Below, in pieces: positions 38,851 through 50,686 of a DNA stretch of 64,000 nt (position 1 is the stretch's first letter; every line of letters begins with the position of its first letter). The notes below the pieces were generated by a model. The model saw nothing but the letters and a program-made list of their open reading frames with translations. It was not told the DNA's origin and searched no databases. Location: the NCBI GenBank assembly GCA_963842085.1, contig CAWJET010000001.1, positions 928,001-992,000 on the forward strand, read 5' to 3'. The stretch is from an uncultured delta proteobacterium. Its GTDB lineage: Bacteria; Desulfobacterota; Binatia; Binatales; Binataceae. Both the position numbers and the translations under genes were made by a program.

Positions 38851-39489
38851 ATGGCACTTCACATTGGAAGCGTGGCGCCGGATTTTACGCAGGAATCGAC
38901 CGAGGGACCGATCCATTTTCATCAATGGATTGGCGACAAGTGGGCCATTCTATTTTCGCATCCCAAGGACTTCACCCCCGTCTGCACGACCGAGCTCGGC
39001 ACGGTGGCTAAGCTCAAGAGCGAGTTCGACAAGCGCAACATCAAGGCGATCGGAGTGAGCGTCGACGACGTGCCGTCGCACAAGAAGTGGGTCGGCGATA
39101 TCGAGGAGACGCAGCACACCAAGATGAACTTCCCGATTCTCGGCGATTCGGACAAGAAGGTCTCCAAGCTCTATGACATGATTCATCCCGAGTGGAACGA
39201 CACGTTGACGGTACGCTCGGTCTTCGTGATCGACAATAACAAGAAAATCCGCCTGACGCTGACCTACCCTGCAAGCACCGGGCGCAATTTTCAGGAGATC
39301 CTGCGCGCGATCGACTCGCTGCAGCTCACCGACAAGTACCAGGTGGCGACCCCGGCCGACTGGAAGAAGGGCGAGGATTGCATAATCGTGCCGGCGCTGC
39401 AGGACGAGAAGGTTCTCAAGGAAAAATTCCCCAAGGGCTACAAGGTAGTGAAGCCTTACCTGCGGATCACGCCCGACCCGAGCAAATAA
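38851..39489 (+). CDS. 1-Cys peroxiredoxin (Prx6)
   Basis: FSHPKDFTPVCTTE, YPASTGRNF, YLRITP. Confidence 0.95.
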   Translation: MALHIGSVAPDFTQESTEGPIHFHQWIGDKWAILFSHPKDFTPVCTTELGTVAKLKSEFDKRNIKAIGVSVDDVPSHKKWVGDIEETQHTKMNFPILGDSDKKVSKLYDMIHPEWNDTLTVRSVFVIDNNKKIRLTLTYPASTGRNFQEILRAIDSLQLTDKYQVATPADWKKGEDCIIVPALQDEKVLKEKFPKGYKVVKPYLRITPDPSK

Positions 39490-39536
39490 GGGCGTCGCGC
39501 GGAGCAGGGGTGACCCCTGCACTCAGTATCAAGAAC

Positions 39537-39570
39537 AGCGGCTCTCCTGGCGGAGAGCCGCTTTCGTTCT
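39537..39570 (+). terminator. Intrinsic terminator-like hairpin after prx
   Basis: AGCGGCTCTCC-TGGC-GGAGAGCCGCT then TTCGTTCT. Confidence 0.65.
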
Positions 39571-39643
39571 CACTTTCACTATTTGCGATTAGGCGCTCGT
39601 GATTTTAGTGGCATGGAGCGCGCGGCTGCGGAGCGCCACCGTG

Positions 39644-39662
39644 GAAACCCACCGCGGGTTTC
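39644..39662. repeat. 19 bp REP-like palindrome
   Basis: GAAACCCACCGCGGGTTTC; one mismatch to the reverse complement of 44883-44901. Confidence 0.5.
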
Positions 39663-39755
39663 GCGTTTGAATCGATTGATTTTCCTTTCCCCTACTACAT
39701 CTGCCGGCGCTCATGCGTTGACACGAGGCGCGGCGCGCCGGACAATTGACGCCTA

Positions 39756-39950
39756 ATGGCACGAATTACCGTTGAAGATTGCCTGGAAAAAATTCCCAAC
39801 CGCTTCGAGCTGGTGCTCGGCGCGGCGCGCCGCGCCAAACAATTGCTCAAGGGCGCGCGGCCGCTGGTGGAATCGGACAACAAAGAAGTAGTGACGGCGT
39901 TGCGCGAAATCGCCGCCGGCAAGGTCACGATCGAAGAACCCGAAACCTGA
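39756..39950 (+). CDS. rpoZ: RNA polymerase omega subunit
   Basis: [34 protein letters not shown]. Confidence 0.97.
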   Translation: MARITVEDCLEKIPNRFELVLGAARRAKQLLKGARPLVESDNKEVVTALREIAAGKVTIEEPET

Positions 39951-40057
39951 CCGGGCACGATCGAGCCGACAAGAACCGACACCGCTGCTCGCCGCCGACG
40001 GCTCGAGCATCGGTGTCCCTATTCCGTGCCAACATGTCGTGAAGCTGGAGCGATCCC

Positions 40058-41191
<1,134 letters not shown>

Positions 41192-41277
41192 CTTTCGCCA
41201 GTTTACCCCATTGCCGCTGATAGCCGCCGCTTGCGATAATGTCGATTGAGGCGGAGGCGCAAGGAGACTGCAATCGA

Positions 41278-42009
41278 ATGCGAGAACGCAGTTGCGCGCT
41301 GGTGGTGGTGGGTAACGAAATCCTTTCCGGCAAGGTACAGGACTCGAACGCGTATTTCGCGGCGCGCGAGCTGCGCAAGATTGGCGTCGCGCTGTCGCGT
41401 ATCGCAACCATCCCCGACGAGCTGGCGCTGATCGCGGGCGAAGTCGCGTATTGCTCGCGCAACTTCGATTTCGTGATCACGTCGGGCGGCGTCGGCCCGA
41501 CGCATGACGATCTCACGATGGAAGGGGTCGCGCGCGCGTTCAACCGGCGCCTGGTGATCAATCCCGAACTGGAGCGTCTCATCCGCGAACATTTCCGCGA
41601 GCGCTCGCTCGACGCCGGCCTCAAGATGGCTGAAGTGCCTGAGGGCGCTGTGCTTAATGAGGCGGGCGACATCCGGTTTCCGACCGTGCAGATCGAAAAT
41701 GTGTACGTGCTGCCCGGAATTCCGCAACTGTTCGAGGCCAAGCTGCGGGCGCTCAGCAGCCGCTTTGCGACCGATCCGTATTTCATGCGCGCGATTTACC
41801 TGACGGCAGGCGAAGGCACGATCGCCGGGCACCTGAATGACTGCATGCGCAATTTTCCCGAGTTGATGCTGGGTTCGTATCCGCGGATCGGAGACCCCGA
41901 CTACCGCGTAAAGTTAACGCTCGAGTCCAAGAACGCTGACTACCTCGAGCGCGCGTTTCGTCATCTGATGGGGCTGTTGCCGGCCGAGGCGGTGGTCAGG
42001 ACGGAGTAG
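41278..42009 (+). CDS. CinA-like molybdopterin-binding-fold protein
   Basis: VGNEILSGKVQDSN, SGGVGPTHDDLT, VLPGIP, GSYP. Confidence 0.88.
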   Translation: MRERSCALVVVGNEILSGKVQDSNAYFAARELRKIGVALSRIATIPDELALIAGEVAYCSRNFDFVITSGGVGPTHDDLTMEGVARAFNRRLVINPELERLIREHFRERSLDAGLKMAEVPEGAVLNEAGDIRFPTVQIENVYVLPGIPQLFEAKLRALSSRFATDPYFMRAIYLTAGEGTIAGHLNDCMRNFPELMLGSYPRIGDPDYRVKLTLESKNADYLERAFRHLMGLLPAEAVVRTE

Positions 42010-42042
42010 CAATTTATGCCCGAGGTGGTGGAGGAGGAAATC

Positions 42043-42642
42043 ATGAGGAAAGGAAGCTTAAGATTCGCGTTGATCGCAATCGGATTGTCGGTGATGCTGG
42101 CGATGCCGGCCGGTCCGCTCGCTGAGTACGCCGCCGCGCAGACGCAGCCCGCCGGCGCGGCGACGCCGACGCAGGTCCCGCAGCCGCCGGACAATAGCGT
42201 CAACTGGCCGGGCGCAGGTTACGGCGCAGGCGCCCTGCTCTGCAACGTTCTCTACATCCCGGCCAAGCTGGTTTACGCGCTGCTCGGCGGTATCGTTGGC
42301 GGCGGAACATATCTGATAACTGCCGGCAATTCGCAGGCCGCCAACACCGTGTGGCGCAGCGCACTCGGCGGCGACTACGTCGTGACGCCGCAAATGCTCG
42401 CGGGCCAGCAGCCAATCAACTTCAGCGGGCCAACCGACACTCCGCCTGTCGCTCCGGCGCCCGTGACGAGCTCGTCGTCGGGCACGACGACGACTGCGAG
42501 TTCGGGCGGCGTCGCGCCGATAACGCCGCTGCCGGCGTCGGGCACGTCCGCGACCGCATCGTCGTCGACGGCAGCCGGGCAGCCGCTGGATCACGGCAGC
42601 GGTCCGGCGGGCGGAACGGCGTCGGGATCGAATATCGAGTAG
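42043..42642 (+). CDS. Exported / membrane hypothetical protein with Ser/Thr/Pro-rich tail
   Basis: GAGGAGG RBS, signal peptide, YIPAKLVYA..GGDYVVTP. Confidence 0.75.
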   Translation: MRKGSLRFALIAIGLSVMLAMPAGPLAEYAAAQTQPAGAATPTQVPQPPDNSVNWPGAGYGAGALLCNVLYIPAKLVYALLGGIVGGGTYLITAGNSQAANTVWRSALGGDYVVTPQMLAGQQPINFSGPTDTPPVAPAPVTSSSSGTTTTASSGGVAPITPLPASGTSATASSSTAAGQPLDHGSGPAGGTASGSNIE

Positions 42643-42697
42643 CAGGGTCAGGCGCCTTGAAATCGGGAGCTTCGCGAGTTAGGCGAGCGGCCCGTTT

Positions 42698-42843
42698 GTC
42701 ATCCTGACGATGCGAGCGACGCGGGGTTTCCGTCATCCTGACGATGCGAGCGACGCGAGGTTTCCGTCATCTTGACGATGCGAGCAACGCGAGCTGAGGA
42801 AGGATCTCGGACAGCTTCGCGTAAGCGAAGCCGGTTCCGGTTT
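42698..42843. repeat. Three tandem 34 bp-period REP-like units plus tail
   Basis: GTCATCCTGACGATGCGAGCGACGCG at 42698, 42732, 42766 (third with 2 changes), then GAGGAAGGATCTCGGACAGCTTCGCG. Confidence 0.85.
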
Positions 42844-42923
42844 CTTAATCGCGCGATGCGCGCGCTCGTTTTAGACTTGCCGGAGACGTTCCGCGGCACT
42901 TTTCTGATCTCGGAGGATCGCGT

Positions 42924-43274
42924 GTGAGAATGATCCGCTTTCTGTGGAAGTCGACCTGAACGACTTGCCGCGACGCAAGAAGTTTCTTGCGTAAGGATCT
43001 CGGCGCCGAGCTCGACGAGCGCGACTACGCGAAAGTTCCGCTTAATTCGGCGGAGCTGAAGAACCTGTTCGCGGGCCGCGACCCGCGCGATTTTCTAAAC
43101 CCGCGCAGCCCCGCGTTCAAGGCGATGGGCCTGGCAGGCAAATCGCTAACGCCCGAGCAGGCGTTGGCGCTGATGGCGAAGGAGCCGAACTTAATCAAGC
43201 GGCCAATCGTAATCGTCGGCAAAGAGATGATCGCAGGCTTCGATCGCGATAGGCTGCGCGCCGCGGTGAAGTAG
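42924..43274 (+). CDS. ArsC/Spx-family thioredoxin-fold selenoprotein (UxxC)
   Basis: GGAGG RBS, GTG/ATG, MIRFLWKST-TGA-TTCRDARSFL continuing in frame into the 42987 ORF (PNLIKRPIV..GFD); hairpin 42973-42992. Confidence 0.85.
42973..42992 (+). promoter_or_regulatory. Putative bacterial SECIS hairpin
   Basis: ACGCAAGA-AGTT-TCTTGCGT, starting 14 nt after the in-frame TGA (42957-42959); G is the second loop base. Confidence 0.7.
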
Positions 43275-43281
43275 GTCGCAG

Positions 43282-43360
43282 AACCGGTACCGGCTTCGCT
43301 GGCGCGAAGCTGTCCGAGATCCTTCCTCAACTCGCGTTGCTCGCGTCGTCAGGGACGGAA
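43282..43360. repeat. Inverted copy of the 42766-42843 repeat
   Basis: Reverse complement reads CCTGACGACGCGAGCAACGCGAGTTGAGGAAGGATCTCGGACAGCTTCGCGCCAGCGAAGCCGGTACCGGTT. Confidence 0.85.
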
Positions 43361-43427
43361 GGGACGCGCTGCGCGTGCAATAGCGCGGGCGCGATGCTAT
43401 TTCCTGAGCCAGGCGAGGTGTTTTTTC

Positions 43428-44846
43428 ATGGCATTCTCTGACGATCTGTTTTTCGCTCCCGCCAACAAACTCGTTGCGATGCTGCGAGCGCGCGACGTGT
43501 CTTCGGTCGAGATGGTCGATGCTTTTATCGAGCGGATCGAGACGGTCAATCACGGCCTCAACGCGGTCGTCACGCTGGTCGAGGACCGCGCGGCGGGCGA
43601 AGCGGAGGACTCTGATCGGCGTCTGGGCGGCAATGGCGAGGTTCGCCCGCTCGAGGGGCTGCCGATCACAATCAAGGATTCGATAATCACCGAGGGCGTG
43701 CGCTCGACCTGGGGCATGAAGATTTTTGAGCATCACGTGGCGAAAGAGGACGCGCCCACTGTCGCGCGGCTGCGCGCGGCCGGCGCGATCGTTATCGGCA
43801 AGACCAACACGCCCGAGATGACGATGGACTACGACTGCGATAATCCCGTTTTCGGGCAGACCAACAATCCGTGGAATCGCGAGCGCGTGCCCGGCGGCTC
43901 AAGCGGCGGCGAGGCGGCGGCGCTCGCAGCGGGGATGTCGCCGCTGGGCTTGGGCTCGGACTATCGCGGATCGATCCGGGTGCCGGCGCATTTCTGCGGT
44001 GTGGTCGGGCTCAAGCCGAGCTGGGGAACGATCCCCTGCAGCGGGCATATGGCGCCGAGCGTTGCCGCGCCGCCGCCGCTCGCGCACATGGCGACGATCG
44101 GCCCGATGGCGCGCTACGTGGACGACCTGACGCTCGCCTACAACATCGTTAAAGGGCCGCATCCAAGCGCGCCGTACACGGTGCCATCACCAGACGTCCA
44201 TCCTGAAAAAATCGATCTGAAGAAAGTTCGATGCGCGATCTTTACCGACGCGTGCGACGTTCCGGTCACGTCCGACACGCGCGCCGCGATCGAGCGCGCC
44301 GGGCGCGAGTTGCAGAAGACGGGAATCGTCGTCGAGGTGGTGAAGCCGCCAGTCGACGAGGGCGAGCGGTTGTGGTGGGCGTACCAGGGCGCGGACGGCA
44401 ATCAACTTGTGCTGGAGGCGCTGGGCGAGAGCCTGAAGCTCTCGCGCGAGCGGCTGCGAAATTTCGTGGTTGCGGGCGAGGGAAAGTCGGCGGCCGAGTT
44501 CTTCAAGATCGCGATGGAACGCGACGCCTGGCGCGTGCAACTGGCGGAGTTCATGGAACGCTACCCGATAATTCTCGGACCGACGTTCTGCGTGACCGCG
44601 TTCAAGCACGGCGCCGCCGAGGTCGAAATCGACGGGAAGAAATATCCGTACATCCTTGCGAGCTGGCCGGTAGCGTGGGGCAATTGCGCAGGGCTGCCGG
44701 GCGCGGTCGTGCCGTGCGGAAGAGATCGCGAAGGGCTGCCGATCGGACTGCAGATCGTTGGGCGCGCGTTTGGCGAGGAGACCGTGCTGGCAGTCGCGAA
44801 GGCGGCGGAAGCGGCGCTGGGCGGCTATCAGAAACCGCCGCTGTGA
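43428..44846 (+). CDS. Amidase (amidase signature family)
   Basis: GLPITIKD, GKTNTPE, GGSSGGEAA, GSDYRGSIRVPA, GLPIGLQIVG. Confidence 0.93.
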   Translation: MAFSDDLFFAPANKLVAMLRARDVSSVEMVDAFIERIETVNHGLNAVVTLVEDRAAGEAEDSDRRLGGNGEVRPLEGLPITIKDSIITEGVRSTWGMKIFEHHVAKEDAPTVARLRAAGAIVIGKTNTPEMTMDYDCDNPVFGQTNNPWNRERVPGGSSGGEAAALAAGMSPLGLGSDYRGSIRVPAHFCGVVGLKPSWGTIPCSGHMAPSVAAPPPLAHMATIGPMARYVDDLTLAYNIVKGPHPSAPYTVPSPDVHPEKIDLKKVRCAIFTDACDVPVTSDTRAAIERAGRELQKTGIVVEVVKPPVDEGERLWWAYQGADGNQLVLEALGESLKLSRERLRNFVVAGEGKSAAEFFKIAMERDAWRVQLAEFMERYPIILGPTFCVTAFKHGAAEVEIDGKKYPYILASWPVAWGNCAGLPGAVVPCGRDREGLPIGLQIVGRAFGEETVLAVAKAAEAALGGYQKPPL

Positions 44847-44882
44847 GCGGGGCGCGGCAAAGCGAACAACCAAAGTAAATGT

Positions 44883-44901
44883 GAAACCCGCCGTGGGTTT
44901 C
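44883..44901. repeat. 19 bp REP-like palindrome
   Basis: GAAACCCGCCGTGGGTTTC. Confidence 0.5.
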
Positions 44902-44934
44902 AGCAGGGATGACTGCTGCATCCGATGGCTAGAC

Positions 44935-44968
44935 AAAAAACGGCCGAGTCATAATGACCCGGCCGTTT
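44935..44968 (-). terminator. Intrinsic terminator between convergent amidase and LysR genes
   Basis: CGGCCGAGTCAT-A-ATGACCCGGCCG with A6 on the left (U-tract on the minus strand) and TTT on the right. Confidence 0.75.
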
Positions 44969-44989
44969 GTCGTCATTGAATCTGTCGGG

Positions 44990-45985
44990 CTACGCCGTCT
45001 TCTCGGCCTTCTCGCTGCTGGCTTCGTTGTTGCGTTCGGCGCGCTCGCCGCGTGGCGGACGCTCGGTCTTGTCGCCGCCCTTGTCGCCACGGGCGCGGGG
45101 CACGATATTGCTGGTGGTCAGCACCTCGATGAACTTGCGCACCGCAGGCGAAAGCTCGCGGCCGCGCTTGTAGATGATGGCTAGCGGGCGGAGAAACGTG
45201 CCTTCCTGGAACTCGAGCATCCGCAGCGTGCCGCGGGTAATCTCATTCTCGACAGTCATGCGCGGCACGATCGCGCATCCAAGGCCAATCTCGACAGCGC
45301 GCTTGATGGTCTCGATGTTGTCGAATTCGAGCACGTAGGTCGGCTTGACGCCGTGTTCGCGCAGGATGCGATCGGAGGCCTTGCGCGTGGGGATGTCGCG
45401 TTCGTAGCCGACGAACTTCTGACCCTGCAACTGCCCGACGTTTACCTTCGTGTGCTTGGCCAGCGGATTGTCGGGCGGCACGGCGAGCACGAGTTCGTCG
45501 TGGCGGAACGGCACCGACACGATCTGGCTGCGCTTGGCGGGATAGGCGACGACGCCGAGATCGACCTTGCCCTCGATCAGGTCTTCGTAAATTTTGTTGG
45601 AGCGCAGATACTCGAGATGCACGTTGACGGCCGGGTAGTTGCGCAGGAATTCGGTCAGATACGGCGGCAACTCGTGCAGGCCGACGCTGTAAACGGTGCC
45701 GACACGAATCGAGCCCGCGACCACCGAGCCGATCTCGCGCAGCCGATTTTCCAATTCCAGGAAACGGCGCACGATTTCCTTGCTGGCGGCGTACAGAATC
45801 TGTCCGGCCGGCGTCGGTTTGACTCCGGCTCGTCCGCGTTCTATCAATCGGCAGTCGTACTTCTCTTCCAGACTTCGGACCTGCTGGCTGACCGCCGATT
45901 GAGTGACGAAGTTTTGCGACGCGGCATAAGAAAAGCTTCCGCTCTCGATTATGTCGCAGAAGACCTTTAGCGTTTCGATGTGCAT
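44990..45985 (-). CDS. LysR-family transcriptional regulator
   Basis: GSFSYAA..FVTQSAVSQQVRSLE, PTPAG, NIETIKRAVEIGLG. Confidence 0.95.
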   Translation of the reverse strand: MHIETLKVFCDIIESGSFSYAASQNFVTQSAVSQQVRSLEEKYDCRLIERGRAGVKPTPAGQILYAASKEIVRRFLELENRLREIGSVVAGSIRVGTVYSVGLHELPPYLTEFLRNYPAVNVHLEYLRSNKIYEDLIEGKVDLGVVAYPAKRSQIVSVPFRHDELVLAVPPDNPLAKHTKVNVGQLQGQKFVGYERDIPTRKASDRILREHGVKPTYVLEFDNIETIKRAVEIGLGCAIVPRMTVENEITRGTLRMLEFQEGTFLRPLAIIYKRGRELSPAVRKFIEVLTTSNIVPRARGDKGGDKTERPPRGERAERNNEASSEKAEKTA

Positions 45986-46224
45986 ATTGCTGGGTTGATG
46001 TATAAGGCTACGTGATACTTAAATCCGAGGCAACTAGTAGCCGTGATAAGAGAATCTTCGGCCCCGAAACAGCCTGCGGAACGAACGGGCGCGGGTCAAG
46101 AGCGGGCGATGCCTGCAGGCGGGATTTCAGTCGGCCGAAAAGCCCTGCGACACGGCCGGACTATCGCGGCTGGCGGCCGGAAAAATAGAATAAAGCACCC
46201 TTCAAGAATCGGACGGAGCGCAAG

Positions 46225-47394
<1,170 letters not shown>

Positions 47395-47460
47395 GCGCAC
47401 GATGCGTTTACCGCGGTCGCGCGCGGTCGTGCTAGATCTTCAGCGCAGGGAGAAACGACA

Positions 47461-47823
47461 ATGATCAAAGCCAAGGCGTTCAATCATGCGGCGTTTCGGG
47501 TCAGCGATGTCGAGAAGGCAACTGCGTTTTACGAAAATGTGGTCGGGCTGAAGCGGATCCCGCGGCCGAACTTCGGCTTCGGCGGCGCGTGGTACGGGAT
47601 CGGCAACAACGCGCTGCATATCATCTCGAGCGAGAACCGCGGCCAAAAGCCCGATCCGCTCGGCGCGCACGTCGCATTCGATGTCGAAGACTTCGAAGAG
47701 ACCAAGCGCACGCTCAAGGAAATGGGAATCCAGTTTCTAGAGGGTCCGAACATGGGCGCCGGCCGTCAATTGTGGATCCTCGATCCCGACGGCAACACGG
47801 TCGAGCTGCGGACCGAGAAGTAA
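47461..47823 (+). CDS. VOC / glyoxalase family protein
   Basis: NHAAFRVSD, HVAFDV, DPDGNTVEL. Confidence 0.9.
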   Translation: MIKAKAFNHAAFRVSDVEKATAFYENVVGLKRIPRPNFGFGGAWYGIGNNALHIISSENRGQKPDPLGAHVAFDVEDFEETKRTLKEMGIQFLEGPNMGAGRQLWILDPDGNTVELRTEK

Positions 47824-47857
47824 GCGCTCTCTCCAAGACTGCGAGGAAGATCAAACC

Positions 47858-48820
47858 ATGAGCTTGCTTCGCTTCGGCCCCGACTATCCAGCGGAGACCT
47901 ATGTCAGTCACGCCTTTACCGAGCAAACGATCGACACCGGCGAGACTGTCGTCAACTACGCGGTGGCAGGGGCGCCTGACAAGCCTGCGCTGTTGCTGAT
48001 TCCGGGACAGACAGAATCGTGGTGGGGCTATGAGCAGGCGATGGGCCTGCTGCAGGAGCATTTCCAGGCTTTCGCCGTCGACCTGCGCGGGCAGGGAAGA
48101 TCGAGCAGGACGCCGGGGCGCTACACCGTCGATAACTTCGGCAATGACCTAGTGCGCTTCATCGCGTTGGCCGTCGGGCGGCCCGTGATCGTCAGCGGGC
48201 TCTCGTCGGGAGGCGTGATCTCGGCGTGGCTATCCGCGTACGCAATGCCCGGCACGGTCCGCGGCGCGGTCTACGAAGACCCGCCGCTATTCTCCTCGGA
48301 GGTCAACACCTCGTGCGGTCCGCCTCTGCCTCAGACCATCGGGCCAATCTTCAAGTTGATGAGCAAGTACCTCGGCGACCAGTGGAGCGTTGGCAACTGG
48401 GACGGAATGCTCGAAGCCGCGAAAACGGAACTTCCCGGCTGGTTGTCGAACGCGATCGTCCCGATGATGTTCAGCGGCGACGGCCAGGTCTCGCAGCGGA
48501 TGAAGGAATACGATCCTGAGTGGGCGCGTGCGTTCTGGGAGGGCTCGGTATTCGCGAGCTGCGATCACTCGCGGATGCTCGCCGACGTCAAGTGCCCAGT
48601 CTTATATACACACCACTTCCGTCACGTCGATGACAATGATGGTCACTTGATGGGGGCCGCGTCGGACTTGCAGGCAAAGCGTGTATGCGAGCTGGTCTCT
48701 CAGGCCGGCCAGCCGATCGACTACCGGTCATTCCCGCAGATGCCGCATTCGATGCACGGTGAAGCGCCAGAGCAGTTTGTCGAAATGCTCGTCGAGTTCG
48801 CGGCGAAACTCAAGGCATAG
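47858..48820 (+). CDS. Alpha/beta hydrolase
   Basis: AVDLRGQGRS, nucleophile GLSSGG, C-terminal HSMH. Confidence 0.88.
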   Translation: MSLLRFGPDYPAETYVSHAFTEQTIDTGETVVNYAVAGAPDKPALLLIPGQTESWWGYEQAMGLLQEHFQAFAVDLRGQGRSSRTPGRYTVDNFGNDLVRFIALAVGRPVIVSGLSSGGVISAWLSAYAMPGTVRGAVYEDPPLFSSEVNTSCGPPLPQTIGPIFKLMSKYLGDQWSVGNWDGMLEAAKTELPGWLSNAIVPMMFSGDGQVSQRMKEYDPEWARAFWEGSVFASCDHSRMLADVKCPVLYTHHFRHVDDNDGHLMGAASDLQAKRVCELVSQAGQPIDYRSFPQMPHSMHGEAPEQFVEMLVEFAAKLKA

Positions 48821-48872
48821 CGCCTCCCGCCGACGGTTCAACCCGGGCTTGCGTGTCGACCGCGAGTGTTTG

Positions 48873-49118
48873 TCAGTCCAGGCAGTGGACCGGATCGCCG
48901 CGGCGAACGGCGCCGGGTTTCACGACGTCGGCGTAGACGCCTGCGCATGGAAGCGTTCCGAAATCGCCGGCCACTCGCATGTTGTGCTGTGCAATCGTGG
49001 GCAGGATCCTGGGGTTCTCCGCGTTGCACTTCGGGCAATGCTTTGCGAGCGCATTCCCGCACTTCGCGCAGAAGTTGTTGGTCGAAGGATTATTCGTCCC
49101 GCACTTTGAGCAGCGCAT
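48873..49118 (-). pseudogene. In-frame chimera: double zinc ribbon N-terminus plus MOSC-domain C-terminus
   Basis: MRCSKCGTNNP..FCAKCG..CPKCNAENP | RILPTIAQHN..CAGVYADVVKPGAVRRGD. Confidence 0.65.
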
Positions 49119-49127
49119 CCGTTAAAC

Positions 49128-50558
49128 TCAGATACCCGCCAGCTTGCGCGCATAGGCGGCCACCGTCTTGAAGTCGTACTCGCGGTAGGCTTGCAGCTTC
49201 TCGGCTTCGAAGCCGCCTTCGGCGTGCACCGCGAGCACTTCCTGGTATCCCCCGAAATCCGACGACGTCAGGTCGCCGATCAGGTTCAGCAGCCGCAGGC
49301 GCTTCTCCGCATCGAAGCCCTTCGCGCCGCCCATGTATTTGAGCACGTACGCGCGCGTCGCCTCGCTCGTGAGATCTTCGGCCCCCGGCCCGGTAACCAG
49401 CAAGCCGCCGGCAAGGTCCTGCACGATCTGCACGGCCTGGTGGTAGTTGTGCGCGAAGTGAAACTTGGCGACGTTGGTGAGCAGCGTGTTCGGTACCGCG
49501 ACGCCGTCCTCGAACGTGCAGGTGCGCGCGGCGTGCTCGATCAGGCCGCGGACGGTCGTGTGATAGGCCGCAAGATGCGTGAGCTTGTCGCGCACGTGGC
49601 CCGCGCGCGAGATTCCGTTGGCCTCCGCGATCGCATGGCCGGCGCCCGCCATCAGTTCGAGCAGCGGCAGTTTGTACGACACCGCGGTGAAGCGATGGAA
49701 TCGCACGAAGGTCAGCGCGAGCAGTCCGGCGAAATCGATCTCGCCTTGCAGGAACACGCGCTCCTTGGGCACGAACACGTCGTCGAACACCGTCAGCGTC
49801 TCCATCATCTTGTGCCGCGCGCTGATCGGATGCTCGAAATCATTTTTGTGCGCGCTGCCGTGCGGCGAGGCGAGCAGCTTCAGCCCCGGCGTGTTGACCG
49901 GCAACGCGAACGCAACGGCGTAGGCCTTGTCTTCGGCGCGCATCGCGCGCGTCGGCAGGACTATAACCTCATTAGTATTGGTCGAGACGCTGGTGTGGAC
50001 CTTGGCGCCGCGCACGACGATGCCGTCGGGGCGCTCCTCGACGATTCGCACGTAGTAGTCCGGATGATCCTGCTGCGTAGGGCCGAGCGCGCGATCGCCC
50101 TTGACGTCGGTTTGCGCGACGGCGACGGCGAGATCGTTGTCGCGACAGTAGCGGTAGTACTTGCGGATGCGCTCGCGGTACTCGGGCTTGCCGGCGGCCG
50201 CCAGCCGCTCGCCGATAATGTGCAGCGCGAACAACGCGTCGGTGCCGATTTCCTTGATCAGCACCACCAGCGTCGCGCCCTCGCGCGTCGCGGCCGCGAT
50301 CAGCGCGCTGCGCCTCAGCAGGTCCTCCCCATTTTGCGGAATATGGTAGTAGCGGCTGTACTCGTCAGCGCCCTCTTTCACGACCGCTAGTTCGCGATAC
50401 TTCGGATCGTGCGCCATCCGGTAGTCGAGCGCCGCATGCTCGACCGCGATTCCGATAACAGGATGCGCGGTGACGTCCGCCACCCTTTCACCGCGAAAAA
50501 ATACCGCGCGTTCATCGCGCAGCGAGCTTTTGTACTGTTCCGCCGTCCGTAGTCCCAT
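49128..50558 (-). CDS. 4-hydroxyphenylacetate 3-hydroxylase / 4-hydroxybutyryl-CoA dehydratase family
   Basis: AQTDVKGDR, GIVVRGAKVH, VFDDVFVPKERVFL, QDLAGG. Confidence 0.88.
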   Translation of the reverse strand: MGLRTAEQYKSSLRDERAVFFRGERVADVTAHPVIGIAVEHAALDYRMAHDPKYRELAVVKEGADEYSRYYHIPQNGEDLLRRSALIAAATREGATLVVLIKEIGTDALFALHIIGERLAAAGKPEYRERIRKYYRYCRDNDLAVAVAQTDVKGDRALGPTQQDHPDYYVRIVEERPDGIVVRGAKVHTSVSTNTNEVIVLPTRAMRAEDKAYAVAFALPVNTPGLKLLASPHGSAHKNDFEHPISARHKMMETLTVFDDVFVPKERVFLQGEIDFAGLLALTFVRFHRFTAVSYKLPLLELMAGAGHAIAEANGISRAGHVRDKLTHLAAYHTTVRGLIEHAARTCTFEDGVAVPNTLLTNVAKFHFAHNYHQAVQIVQDLAGGLLVTGPGAEDLTSEATRAYVLKYMGGAKGFDAEKRLRLLNLIGDLTSSDFGGYQEVLAVHAEGGFEAEKLQAYREYDFKTVAAYARKLAGI

Positions 50559-50686
50559 CGTCGTGATTTCCCCTGGTCGGAGATTGGTGCAATCGCACGC
50601 GCGGCTTGTCGGTTGCGGCAGGTGCGAAACGCCAATATAGAAGCGCTGAGCATTCGCTGTCCAACTGCGGGTTTAGGAGAAGTGCA

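Noticed and set aside
38851-39489. Further selenoproteins (Prx, DsbA-like, Mo enzyme)
   Set aside because: Their frames are open, with Cys or Ser codons at the motifs and no in-frame TGA.
42698-42800. CRISPR array
   Set aside because: Units are contiguous 34 bp tandem copies without unique spacers; no cas genes in the window.
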